The notes below the pieces were generated by a model. That model did not search any database and was not told the DNA's origin. It was given only the letters and a program-made list of their open reading frames with translations. The position numbers were made by a program, and so were the translations under genes. From Naegleria gruberi (Eukaryota), in the NCBI GenBank assembly GCA_000004985.1, contig GG738906.1: 64,000 bases of DNA. The stretch is one strand, 5' to 3'. Of the stretch, positions 30,901 through 43,891 are shown one piece after another; the first letter of the stretch is position 1, and each line of letters starts with the position of its first letter.

Positions 30901-33900
30901 ATATATCACTGTGCTGGATTTAGTATTGATAACAATTCCACAAATACCACTATTAATAGTTTTAACAGAGGTTTGGAAAAGTGTAATTTAGGCTCTATTT
31001 TATGTGCCAAAGAGTTTAAAAATGAAGTGTCTGATTTTTTAATTGGTATTTTCCCTTTCAATCATTATGGAATCTATCAAATGGAACTAAAGTTTTCTTC
31101 CAATATAAGGGCACCTCAATTTTTTGAATACCAAGTTCCATTTTATCCAATATTCTCTTCATGGAGTGAATTAAGTTGGTTACTCCACATTACCACAAAT
31201 GAGGTTCTCAAAAAACCAGTTGTTTCTACAGTAGATAGGAAATTCCTTCCTATCCCAGAAGAGATGCAAAATGTTTACCCAGCTCAATTTAAAACAATAT
31301 CAGTAGATTTTACATTGAAAAATAATGTTATGAAACCTTCTACATTTGTAAAATTTTTGGAGGACTCTGGAAGTAAGATTTCTTTAGAAACTACTGGTAC
31401 AGCCAATGTGCACAATAATATCCAATTTAACGGAAAGTATGGTTACGTTTTTTCCATTCCTGGTTTATATAATATTACACTACTTACTAACGCTGATTCT
31501 AATTTTACAATTTATAAGAACATTACAGAGTTAGGTTCTTCATTCTCAATGTCCATTAAGGCACAATTAAGGACAGCCACTGAAACAAAGACAGTAACAT
31601 CTAATTTACATATTAGTCTTCCAATTGGAAGAAATTTCTCAGATATCATGATGAATTGGTTACCTGAGCAAGTAGACTACGATATCAGACCAATGTTTTT
31701 TGTTGATGTTAATACAGGTAGCGAAATTTTAGGGACACAAGATCAAATTCAAATAACCCTTAGAAGAGTTATGCTAGAAACTGACAAATTCCTTGTACCT
31801 CTATCATTATTTATTTATGATAGCAATGTACCAATTATTTCAATGACATCACAAATACCTCCAACATCTTTACCAATTTCTTCAGAAATTTCTATCACTT
31901 CACTGCTGAATTTAACTTCTAATGACGATCTTTCATTAAAATCTGGTTCATTGGGTTTATTTGGAGTGAAACCTACTTCAGAGATGGATGGGTCTGGAAT
32001 TATCACACTTGCTTTGAACTTACCTGATGAACACGTTCCTTTGTACAAGTTAATGAGGGCAACTACTGACATTTCATTATTATTTGATCTCTTTGACATT
32101 ACCATAGCAACAGATAACAGTCTTTCTGTACAAAATCCAACAATGAATATCAACAGTTCAATTCCAAGGTTGAACACTATGTCAGTAGTTTCAAAAAAGA
32201 GTTGGAAAATCAACTCTCAAAGCATTCTTGATAATATTGCTTCTGTAATCCACAATCTAGAGGCTAAATTTGATTCTGTTGAGGATACTGTAAAAGAAAC
32301 ATATTATGGACTTTCCCAAACAAACGCAAGTTCATTATGTTCTTTCCTTGACGAAATTATGAAATCAACCAATGACCTTGGAAGGAAATCTGTCCTTCAA
32401 ACACCGTTACCATTCGTAAAGAAGACATTTAAACATTTACTTGAAAGGGCTATAGTTGATAAGTTCCAGTCAGCAAAACAAAGCGTTTGCAATGGTATTG
32501 TTGAATTTTCTTTGGAAAAGTTTTGCGATTTATTAGAGCATAGATGGGGTCAAAAAGTTTGCTACGATTCTCTAATAGCTGACAAGAGTTTTATTGTAAC
32601 CTTAAAGCTTATGAACTATGAGTTAGTTTCGAATGAAGAGCTTTTTGTTGAACCAAATATTTTCGGTACTACCAAAATACCTGCCATAATGGGAATGGAA
32701 GATTCTGTTTCACTTAATTCTAATGCAAATTTTGAAATTAGAATTAAGTGTTCTTGGAAAGATGGCTTTGTGTTTGATATCCTTGATGGAACAACATTTT
32801 ATATTAGTTCTGACTTTGCTGTAAATGGAAATATGAAAGCTTCTCTAGGGCCTATTAATTTAATGCTTGGAAGTGCAAACGTTTTTGTTGGTAAACCAGC
32901 AGTTCTTTCAGCAACACTTGTAAATGGGCTTATTGATCTTTCGCTCACTGGCAATGCTGGTTTCAATTCATTGATATCATTTTTCGATCTATCATCTTGC
33001 CAATTATCAATCGATATACCTGATATAGCCAAATTTTTGGGTGGTAGTTCAAATTCTCTAGTGATAGACCAACATACATGTAAAGGAGGGTCTTTTGTAA
33101 ATTCTGTTACACAAATATTGAAAGACCATACCTTACTAGATTTCTTCAAAGATCCTAGTACTTTCCTTAATCAATTCCAAAATCATTTTTCTGACTTGTT
33201 AAAGAAAATCTTTGATGGACCAAATGGTTTATTGAATAATGTTGTAGTACCAGTTGTGGATAAAGAAATCCAAAAGATATTACAAAAAGAATTAGGGTCA
33301 ATAATTGGCCCAGAAATGACCAATGATTTGACAAATTCTATCACAGTTATGGTAAATAGTGTAATCTCTGGAAAGTCAGTCACTGGAGATGAGCTTACTA
33401 GAGTTATTTTAACAGAATTTACTCAAATAATGTGTCAGAAGTTTAAACCTGTTGAATGTCCAAAAGTACCAGATATCCACAGTGCCGAATATGTTTGGGG
33501 ATTTGAGCTCAAGAGGGTACTGAAACATGGAGTTGCCAATCTTGGTTTTGATATGGGTTCCTCTGCAAAAGGTACTCACTTAACTTCTGAGGTTGAATTA
33601 GATTTTGAAATGGACTATAAACTCAGATTTAATTTGGTATTTTCAAAATCAAATGGTGCTAGTATTACTTTCAATGAAGGTTATGTCTTGGAAGGAATTA
33701 CTGACTTGAAATTGGATGGAACTCAAAAAGTTGAGGGTGAGATTGGTTTTTTAGGAGCAGAAATTATTTTAGATCCTACAAGTTCCTTCCACGCAGAGTT
33801 TGGTGTAGATAATCAGTGGAAAGCATTCATGAAAGCAAACTCAATTTTAACAGGAAAAGCAGAAATGGGATTTGCTGGAATTATTACTAAATTATTGAAA

Positions 33901-36900
33901 AATGTTGAAGACCCTCTTGATGCTCTTCCTCATTTTGAATCAATTATTGAATTCAAATGGAATTGGGAAATGGGAACTTCATCATCCACTACTCCTGAAT
34001 TCTCTCTATCAGAACCTAGTTTATGTATTGGTACTCTTTTATCTAGAATGGCAGAAGGGGTAAGAAAACAAGCAGAAAAGGTTATTGGAAATTTAGATAA
34101 GATTGTTGGTCCTGCTTCATTCCTTACAAAGGATGTGGGAGTACTATCTAGAATATTTGGTAGAGAAATGTCTATTGCAGAGCTAGGAATATTTTTGGCT
34201 AGACACTATTGTTCTGGTGAATGTGATGCGGTTAATGTTGAGGAATTAATTAGTGCCTACAAAAAATTGCACATTCTAATGAACAAGCTTCAAGTTGTCC
34301 GTAACTTTTTATCAACAATGAATGGGTGTGGAATTAGAAGAAAATTCAGCAAATTCGTTGTTGATTTGCAAAAATCGGACGATCCCATTATTCATGATGT
34401 TCCTGACCAAGCATTGATTTTTGAACAAGATATTCCTCCAAGTATGAAGCCAGAAATTGAACAAACATTTTCTATGATTCAATCAAGAACTTACAACTTA
34501 CATATTCCTTTATTTGAGGAACCAAAGAAAATACCATCAGCTCTTATTGGCTTAATGCTAGGAAAAGACTTCAATTTAGTTGAAATTGAAATGCCAAAAA
34601 TGGTACTTTCATTTTCAGCTCATTTTGGATTCCCTATTTGGGCATTCCCTTACGTAGAACTTTACATTCAAGCTTCTGCTGGTCTTGTTGTAGATTTACC
34701 AACAATTGCTTATACTACTAAAGGTATACGAGATGCTGTGCAAACAAAGAAAATAACTAATTTATTTAAAGGTGTTGGAATGATCACTAGAAAACCAGAC
34801 GGATCTCCTATTTGGATTGTATCTGGTTATGTTAGATTAACAGGTGGAGTTTCTGTCAGTGTGGTAAGTTGTAATTAATTTGTGCTCTATTTTTTTACTT
34901 ACAATATTTAGTTTATTTTCAGTGGAAATGCATATGCATTCTTGGAAGCAGAGGCAAGAGTTACTGTATTAGATATAAATGGAAATCAAGTGGTTACTTT
35001 TGATGAATTGTTCTATTTAATTCAAAAGAATGGAATTCAAAACACCGTAACATTTGAAATGCAATTATCTGCAGGATTTGGATTTAATATCAAAGCTTGC
35101 ATTAAAGTTTGGTTTGCAAAGAAATGTTGGACCATTGTAAGCCAAGAGATTAAGGTTCCAATTTTCCCTAAACTTACTTTTGGAGGCAAAAGAATTGCAC
35201 CAGTAGCAGATAGAAATAGTAATTTGAATTTAGATTATGTGAATGAATTTGGTTCATCAAATTCTGACAAACCAGTTTTCATAGTTTATCCTTCAACGAG
35301 TAATGCCGATAGACACACTATTGGCTTCAGTCCATCCAGCAGTATGACAACAAATCTTCCACCACTTTCTTTTCCTAATCAAGGAACAAATTCTGTTGCT
35401 TTTTATGGCAATGCAGGAGGAAAACCTTTCGAAATTAAATCTTTAGGTTATCAAGGGCTTGTTACAGTTCCACCTCTAAACACTGTAACATCCAGAATCC
35501 CATGTGATTCTTATAGAAATACTGATTCTTTTACCATATCCCCAACCTTCATTACACCAAACAATTATTTAGGACTACAATACACACCTGGTATGTGTTC
35601 TCAAGCAATTCTAGAGAATGTAAAATATGGAACAAAGTTTAACTTGCAAGGAACACCATGTCATGTTGTACTAAATGCAGCTTACAAGTCACAAATAGAA
35701 ATTGGTACTGATTCTCAAAATTACAAAGGACCAGTTACAATTAATGGACCTGGAGAACTGACATTTAGTGTTCCTTCTCCAAAATATCATGTTACATCAT
35801 CATCTATTTCAATTGATGGTTCAAGTAATTTACTTAGACTTGAAAATGATATGCCATCTATCACAGTAGTAGGTGACAACCAACCAACAAGTTTTTCTTT
35901 CAGTAATATTGTCAAAACATCAGCTATTACTGCTCTAGGTAGTGAGTCAGATGATGAATTCTTGGTATCTGATGTTACATCAGTTTATGGAGGTTTAATG
36001 TTGAATGGTGGTAGTGGTATCAATAGAGGTACTTTTATTATTCCTGCTTCTAGTGATAATATGAATATTATGATCACTAGCTCATCATTATCTATTGACA
36101 ACACCAATACAATCAGATGGGCAAATCTTGACCACAGAAGCTATAGAGTTTTGAACAGAAATAATCATACAAATATCAAGGTTTCATATTTCTCTCCAGA
36201 TGATTTTAATTCATTCCATGTGGAGACTGAAAATAATCCTACAGGTGTTATTTACCATAATATCTCTTCTTGTTCAACACGAAATGAAATTAGACTTGAT
36301 CTCAAAGGAGGAGGTGAACAAGTGGTGTTACTTTCTCAAAATGGTGAATTCTCTCCTCTTCAATGTTCAATGTACATCCAAGGTGTAGATGGACAAAATA
36401 GTGGATATACTATTCTTATTGACGCAACAAACGAAAAAAGAAATCTCAGATATTCAATAGAAAATGGAAGAGTTACAGTGGATGATCCTGATAACACTGA
36501 TTTTATGACAAACCTTTATATACGTCAGATCTCAAGAGTTAAACTCATTGTTTCAGAAAAGCAATACTCTGATATAAAATTGGTACAAGGAGCTCCAAAC
36601 ACTGAATACCATTTCCAATTTGCGGAAAATACTACAGATTATGGAGTTAAAAAGCCAACTTTGACTTTGTGTAACTTACCTTCAAAATCAACAACTCTTG
36701 TTACTGGAAGTGCTGATATCAATCTAGGTCCAAAAACAGGCATTTGTAGTAATAAGTTTATTAATCCTTTGGAAAATTTGAGAAGTTTGATTGTGGTTGC
36801 TGGCCAAAATTCAAAGGTCACAATGAATTCTGGAAATGATGGGTCACAACACTTTAATATGACCGATAGATGTTTATTTGCCACAGATGACAGAGGTGTT

Positions 36901-39900
36901 AGTTTGGTTGATGTTGACACACCAACCCCATGGATGCAACAATTATTGTTAGAATATGGATTTAATCGTTCTGATTGTCATATTGCTTACTACCCTCAAA
37001 GAACATCATTTGAAATAACAACAGGAAAGGGGGATGATTCATTCTATGGAAGATATGTTACTGCCTCTAGCATTGATATTAATTTGGGTGAAGGAAGAGA
37101 CACCATATTTTATGGAGAAACAGCTACCCCCGCAAACTTTAAAACAGAAAGAGGAGCCAGCAAGTTTGTCCAAGTCAGTCCAACAGGCCCTATCAATCTG
37201 TCAATGAAAAGTAGTACAACAGAAAGAAATATTATTGATTTCTTTACTGGTGATTTAGTTTCTTCCATGACTGGAAATACAGTTATTTATCCAACAGGGC
37301 CTAACCCATATGATTATTCCACAATCTCTTGCTCTAGTAGTGACCTCATAACGTTGCATCATTCTTTCCCTCTTAATTATGATCACAGTACCAAGATGTC
37401 ACTGTTTACAACAAGAGCAATCAACCAGGATATTGTTTATATTAATGTCACTGAAATTTCTACCTCCAGACAAGTGGAATTAAGATCGGATACTAAATTT
37501 ATTGTTTCTCTCCTTGGCTGGGATTCAACAATTGTATTCTTAGGAACAAATCAACAAGGTGAATATGCTAAGAACTTTGTTATTGAATTGAATTTGGATA
37601 TTTCTTCACCTGGCAGAATATTTATTGATACAATATCCAGTACAAACGGTGAATTAGTAGTTAATGTTCCAAATTATGATGCTCAGTCATTCCCACTCCG
37701 TATTGCATCACTAGGACCTGTCAGCTATGGATTCCTTTCTATAGGTGTATTAAGAGTTGAAACTTTAGGAATGAATCATGTTACTGTTAATAGCCCTTCA
37801 ACCCGTGTGAGTGCAGTTATTGAAAATACTCCATCCACTATGGAAGTTGTTTTGAATTTGAGACCACTTTCTACAGTAGATTTGCAAGGGTTGGGTGGTT
37901 TAATGATAATATCAAATGCAGCAGTTACAGTTAGCAGAAATTATTTTATCAAACCAAGTTCTGTTATGGTTGTTGGTAGTTCTTCTGTTACTGTTGTTCT
38001 TGAATCTGACACTTCTTATTTAAATGACAGGTGTATGAATATTCAAGGAATACTTAATACAAGAGTAGTTGCCAGTGAGTGGTTCGCACAGATTATGCAA
38101 GGATTTAATATTCCTTCCACTGCAGTATCTTGTCCATTGTATCTTTTTAGAATTCCATCATTAGATTTTACTGGTCCATTCTTTATTGTTTCTAACTTGG
38201 ATAGCTCATCCAATGTTAGAGCATTATCCATGAAAAATGGTGATCTTTTCCTATCTGACACTATCAGAGATTGGACCAATACTGCAGTATCTGGCGGTGT
38301 TTTAGGTGTGGACGGTAGGTTTGAAGTCCATCTCACAAAATCCAATCTAATTGTTGCCAATAGATTTTCCTCTCCATCTAGTCTTACACATTCTACTTCT
38401 AATCCAGGTACAATCACAAGTATCAGATTTAATCATAATAACTTTAAAGACAAGCCTGTTTATTATTGGGAAACCGACACCTACAACACCTATTTGAATC
38501 CCTCTCCATCAAATATGAATATTCCAGTAATTTATGTAGACAGTGTACCAATTAACAAATTGAATGTTGATTTTTCAAGCTTACCCTTTAATAACTTTAA
38601 TGTCAACCTCGAAAAGAATCAGTTTTTAACTACTGATAATAATGGCATTCAAAAACTAAAAATTTTATGGACCAATCATCCTTTGGACATGGATATTAAT
38701 CTTAACGGTAAACAAAACTCTATTGTTCAACTAACAGAAGAAATAAGTGAAGAGAGAACATATAATATTAGGTCAACAAAAAATTCCAATACCATTATCA
38801 CTTTGAAAGAGTCATCCCCTTATCCAACTTATTCCATTTTTACTAACAGTGAGAGAATACAATTTGGTAATTCTACAATAACTTGCACACCTGATAGAAT
38901 AGTTTTGGACCTATTGAGTCAAGTTCACATTGATGTTAATGAGATACCAGGATCCGCAGAAAGTATATTCTTAACCAAGACTACTAGCTCAATGACCATT
39001 CAAAAATCTTCCGGAAATATGATAGTCTCTAACTACTTGATAGATGTTGTTGATAACTATCTAATTAATCATCAATTCCTTCTTTTTGTTACTGGCGACT
39101 CAGTCGTCACTAAATTGAGAACCAACCAAGCAATCACCTATGATGGTGGATGCTTAGTAAGATCTTCTGGGCTTAACGCTTTGATATCAACATGGTTCCA
39201 TGACTCTCTTACCAAATATTATCCTTCTGAAATTAATTTCCTTTATCCGTGCTCCCTGTTTTCATTCAATACCAAGAGATTAGATGTATTAAACTCTCCA
39301 TACAGTTATCTGAAAAATCTTAATTTAATTAACAATATGGAACTACATGTAAACACTGGTATTGTGAAACTTTTGGACAACAAGGTGAGATGGAAATCAG
39401 TATCACTTCTTCCATCCTCTCTAAGAGTAGATTCATTATTCTACTTAACTATTAAGGACGGGCTCGAAGTTTTTGTGGACACCACCTATCATAATGACAG
39501 TCAGATACTTTATAGAGGTAACAATGTAAATGAATCATCTGTTTGGCATTTTGGATGTCCAGACAATAGCACCAAACCGTTATTGAACATAACTGCACAT
39601 CAAGAATCCAATATCAAATTCTGTTTAGATTATATTCAACTCTCAACCCCGTCACTTTCACTCAATACTCGTAGAGTAGTTGATGTTGGAATATTGTCGA
39701 CTGATCAAACATTACCTACTGACAATACCACAATTTTATTGAATTCTAATAATTTGACTTTATCACAAGCCAACCCGCTCATAGTAAGTTGGACCAACAA
39801 CACTCTTGTTTCAGTAGAAATATTTGTTTCAGTGCTACCTCATTTAGTAATTGTTGAAAGTATTGAAGGAATGAATAATATTCCAATTCTCCATGACCTC

Positions 39901-41877
39901 AATAATACAATAATTAGTCTTTTAATTCCACACGATGAGGGTGTCAGCATGATAAACACAGCTCTCTCGTTCTATTCAAAGACTAGAACAATAACAACAC
40001 GTACATCCAAAAGAAACACTTGCTTCTTACCAGAAATCCAATGCACAAATCAGTTCTGGGAAGATGTGAACGTTCTAGGAAAGGATGCTTTTATGACTAA
40101 ACCTTTGAGAGAAGAATGTGAGGAAGACACTATATTACTGTTAGACACAAGAAATTCATTCTCTTGCGGTTTGAATCATGATTTTGCTAGTCTTAGTTTA
40201 CCAAGCAATCAATATCAAGTTCAATATCCAGAATATTTAGAAAATATTATTTACGCATGGTACTCTCTTACTTTGGTACTGTCCTCAGTGTTGTTTGTAT
40301 TATTTGGCATGTTGGATCCAGGATTATCTAATTTCTTAAACTTGGCAATGTTGGATAAAGTGTCTCCAAGCCCTGTTGTTTGGAGTTGGGATACTAGAGC
40401 TCTTATTACTGCATGTAGAAATGCTGTTCAACACATTAGTACAGGTTGGGTGAAATATGACATGAATGATAAGCATCAAATTCCCCATGTTTTGCTATAT
40501 GTTGTAACATTCTTTGCTGTTTGCATTGCAATACCGTTTGTACTAACAAGAAACAAGAAGAAAGGAAGAGCCAGACCAGTTCTTATGGTATTGTACAAAA
40601 TCTTCCAAATTTGTATATGTCTTTTGTTTTTACCAATGTTTTCTCAAACAACTGAGATAGCATATTTTGTTCCAACCCTCTTGTGTTACTTGATTGTACT
40701 TACCCTAACAATTTCTTTCAATATTTGGAGTCCATCATATCTGATTGCCAATCAATCCGTTACAAAATATTTGAGAGTTTTCAGTAACATTTATTTAATA
40801 GTAATTGTTTCCATTGTAATGATACAAACAGGAGTTACATACTTTGATTTTAACATATTTGGAGTTGAAGTGTGGGTAATTGATCTTCTGTCTGTAATAG
40901 TGCAGCAAGTACTTAGACTTGTTTACATAGTACCATTGTTTGTGATTTCAGGTAAAAGATGGTTCCATTATTTCTTCCTTATATTATCTGTATTACTTTG
41001 GATTGCCTCATTTGTTATTGGATTAGTTTCCTTGGTGTTCAATCCACTATTCTATGACATTGATTTATTCCCATATTGGATCACTTTTAACTGTACATGT
41101 ATTGTATATTCAGTTCTTGTTTGCTTCATTTGGCCTAAAATGATTCCACCAAGAAAATCATCTATTATTAACTCTCTAAATAGTAATACATTAGGTATTA
41201 GAAGAAGCTTAGGTATTGATGGAAACAGAAACAGTCTTAATGCTTCACAAGAAGAATATGAGGAGTCAATTAAGCTTATTAAATCTGACAGACAGAACCA
41301 AGGTTACGAAAATATCTCCAACTCTCTGTTGAAACAACCATTAGTTAGTCATGATGATTATGAGGAATATAATGATTCTGGATATACTAATTTTGTAGAA
41401 ATGGAAAATATGAAAAATGAAAACTACGCCCAACAAGACTATCATCATGCACCAGAATCAGATAAACAAAAATATGAAGAAAGACAAGAAGGAACAGCAA
41501 CAGGTTCTGTTTATTATACCAATGAAGAAGTGAACGAAAATAATAATCAACAAACAGATTATTACGAGGAGAGTTATGATAATTATGAAAATGACCAACC
41601 AAACCTCACTCTTAATCGACAAGTTAATGAACCACAATCATTCCCAATTATTCCACCTCCACCTGCTTATGAAGAACCTACCTATTACACAAACGATGAA
41701 TATCGCTCCACCTCACCAACTAGCAACAATAACAACAGAAGTGATTACAAGTATGACGAAGATGAAGAAGAAACCAATGAAGAACGAAAGTATTACAAGG
41801 AAATGCTCAGAAAAATTATTGTTGAATCTACGGATCCAAGCACATCAATTGAACCTGGTTCCTTCAATCAAGTTTAA
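27931..41877 (+). CDS. Giant (about 4630 aa) secreted multi-pass membrane receptor-like protein. It has a signal peptide, an ectodomain of about 4100 aa, a GPS-like juxtamembrane motif, 8-9 TM helices and a Tyr/Asn/Glu-rich cytoplasmic tail with a PPxY. 2 exons: 27931..34863 and 34912..41877.
   Basis: MKQYLLNVALLLLIFCVCVSSSVA signal peptide. Two very long ORFs are joined in frame by a 48-nt GTAAGT...TTTAG intron (34864..34911). The second ORF has no ATG or signal peptide of its own. Hydrophobic helices run from YAWYSLTLVLSSVLFVLF through ITFNCTCIVYSVLVCFIW (about 40260..41150). Just upstream is C..C..W...C...C-GLNHDFASL. The tail contains IIPPPPAYEEP. Confidence 0.75.
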
Positions 41878-41893
41878 GTAATAAATACCAATA

Positions 41894-43884
41894 TTGATTG
41901 AAAAAATGAGAACAAGCGTAAAAGCAGACCTTTCAAAAATCTTTCACAATGCTATTTTAAATTCACCTCTGCAAAAATTCATCGGAACCAACAATACATC
42001 TTCCCTTCAATGTATTAGCAATGGCCGTATTCCATTTCAACCAGTGCCATCTCAAAATAAGACAAAAAAAACAACTTTTTTAGGTGACTATCAAACACCT
42101 ATTGCCATGCAGTTGGGAAATCAATTGAAACAATCACCAATTGATGTAGCAAAATCGCTTGGAGAATCAATTCTAAATAATAGTGAAATTGTTGAAAAAA
42201 TTGATATTATTAATAATGGAGTCATTTCTCTCTCCCTTTGTGATGAATATGTGAAACGTAAAATTTCTGAAATATTCAATCAACAACCTTTAAATGTAAA
42301 GGATAAAATCAGAGTCATTGTTGACTTTTCAAGTCCAAACATGGCCAAGAGAATGCATGTTGGACATTTACGCTCAACAATTATTGGTGATTGCATTTGT
42401 AGAATTTTAGAGTATGATGGAAGGTTTGAAGTGGAAAGAATTAATCATGTTGGAGATTTTGGTACACAATTTGGAATGTTGTTAGCTTTTATTGAAAGAA
42501 ATTCAATAGATTTGGAAAAATTACAAACACAAAACCCTCCTGAACAGCTAGAAACTGTTGAAAAATACTATAAGGACTCAAAGAAACTTTTTGATAGTGA
42601 TCCCTTATTCAAAGATCTTGCACACCAAAAAGTGATTGCACTCCAACAGGGAAATGATGAATCTATACACAAAATATGGAAGTATCTGTTAGAATGCAGT
42701 AGATATGAATTCGATTCCATATACGAAAGGTTAGATGTTCGATTAGTTGAAAAGGGCGAATCATACTACAGGGATTTTATTCCAAAAACATTAGAAATTT
42801 TAAATCCACTGATACAGGAGAGTAATGGTGCCAAGTGTATTTTCACAGAAAAAGAACAAGAAACAATAACTGAAGACCAAAAAGAACCCCCTCTCATGGT
42901 ACAAAAGGCAGATGGAGGTTATACATACGATACCACTGATCTGGCAACATTGTGGTATAGACTTTTTGTTTCAAAGGGAAAATGGCTTATTTATGTTACT
43001 GATTTTGGCCAAGCCTCTCACTTTAACAAAGTCTTTAAGGTTGGAGAAATGATGAAATGGATTGATCCTCTCGAAAATAGTAGGGATCTAGTGTGGAGTG
43101 AAAATGCTACTAGTTTAACCTCATCCAAAGTTAGAATAGATCACGTTGGATTTGGTGTGGTACTCGATGAAGAAAAAAAGAAATTTAGAACTAGATCTGG
43201 TGATACAGTGAAATTACATGATTTATTAGATGAAGCTATCAAAAGATCTTACGAAATCATAAAGCTGAAGAGTAAGTATTTTTTCATATTTTTGGAGAAT
43301 TGTTGAATTTTATAGATGATGAAAGATGCAAAGAAAATGAGGAAATATCCAGTTTAACTGATGAACAAATTATGGCAGCTTCTAAAATTGTTGGATACGG
43401 TGCTGTTAAGTATGCCGACCTGAGAACTAATAGAACAACCAATTACACCTTTTCATTTGATAAAATGTTGGACTTTAGAGGAAACACTGCTGTATATTTA
43501 CTTTATGCATATGCTAGAATTTCCTCAATCATTGAAAAATCAGGTGAAAGAGAACTAATGAAAGAATACAAGGATCAAGTTGCAAAGGGTGATTTGTCTC
43601 TTTTTACTAATTTAAAACAATCAGAATCAGAATGGAGACTTGCACTTAAAATTATTGAATTTAAGGATGTGTTAAATTTGGTAATGGACAAACTGGAACC
43701 ACATTATCTTTGTGAGTACCTATTTGATTTATCGAATAACTTTAGCGCCTTTTTCCGTGACTGTAAAGTTATTCAAGAAGACAAACAACTCCAAAGAAGT
43801 AGATTACTTTTGTGTGAAGCAACTGCACAAACTATGAAGCAATGTTTTGATTTACTTGGTCTAAAAACATTGAATAGGCTTTAG
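41894..43884 (+). CDS. Arginyl-tRNA synthetase (class I). 2 exons: 41894..43271 and 43316..43884.
   Basis: HIGH-type motif PNMAKRMHVGHLRSTIIGD. A DALR anticodon-binding C-terminus (AVYLLYAYARISSII). The intron at 43272..43315 (gtaagt...tatag) keeps the frame (…KLKNDERCKEN…). Confidence 0.85.
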
Positions 43885-43891
43885 CTTTTAT

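Noticed and set aside
34864-34922. A longer 59-nt intron ending at the TTTTCAG acceptor for the giant-gene junction
   Set aside because: It leaves the downstream exon out of frame by one nucleotide. The 48-nt alternative ending at TATTTAG (34911) joins both ORFs in frame without stops.
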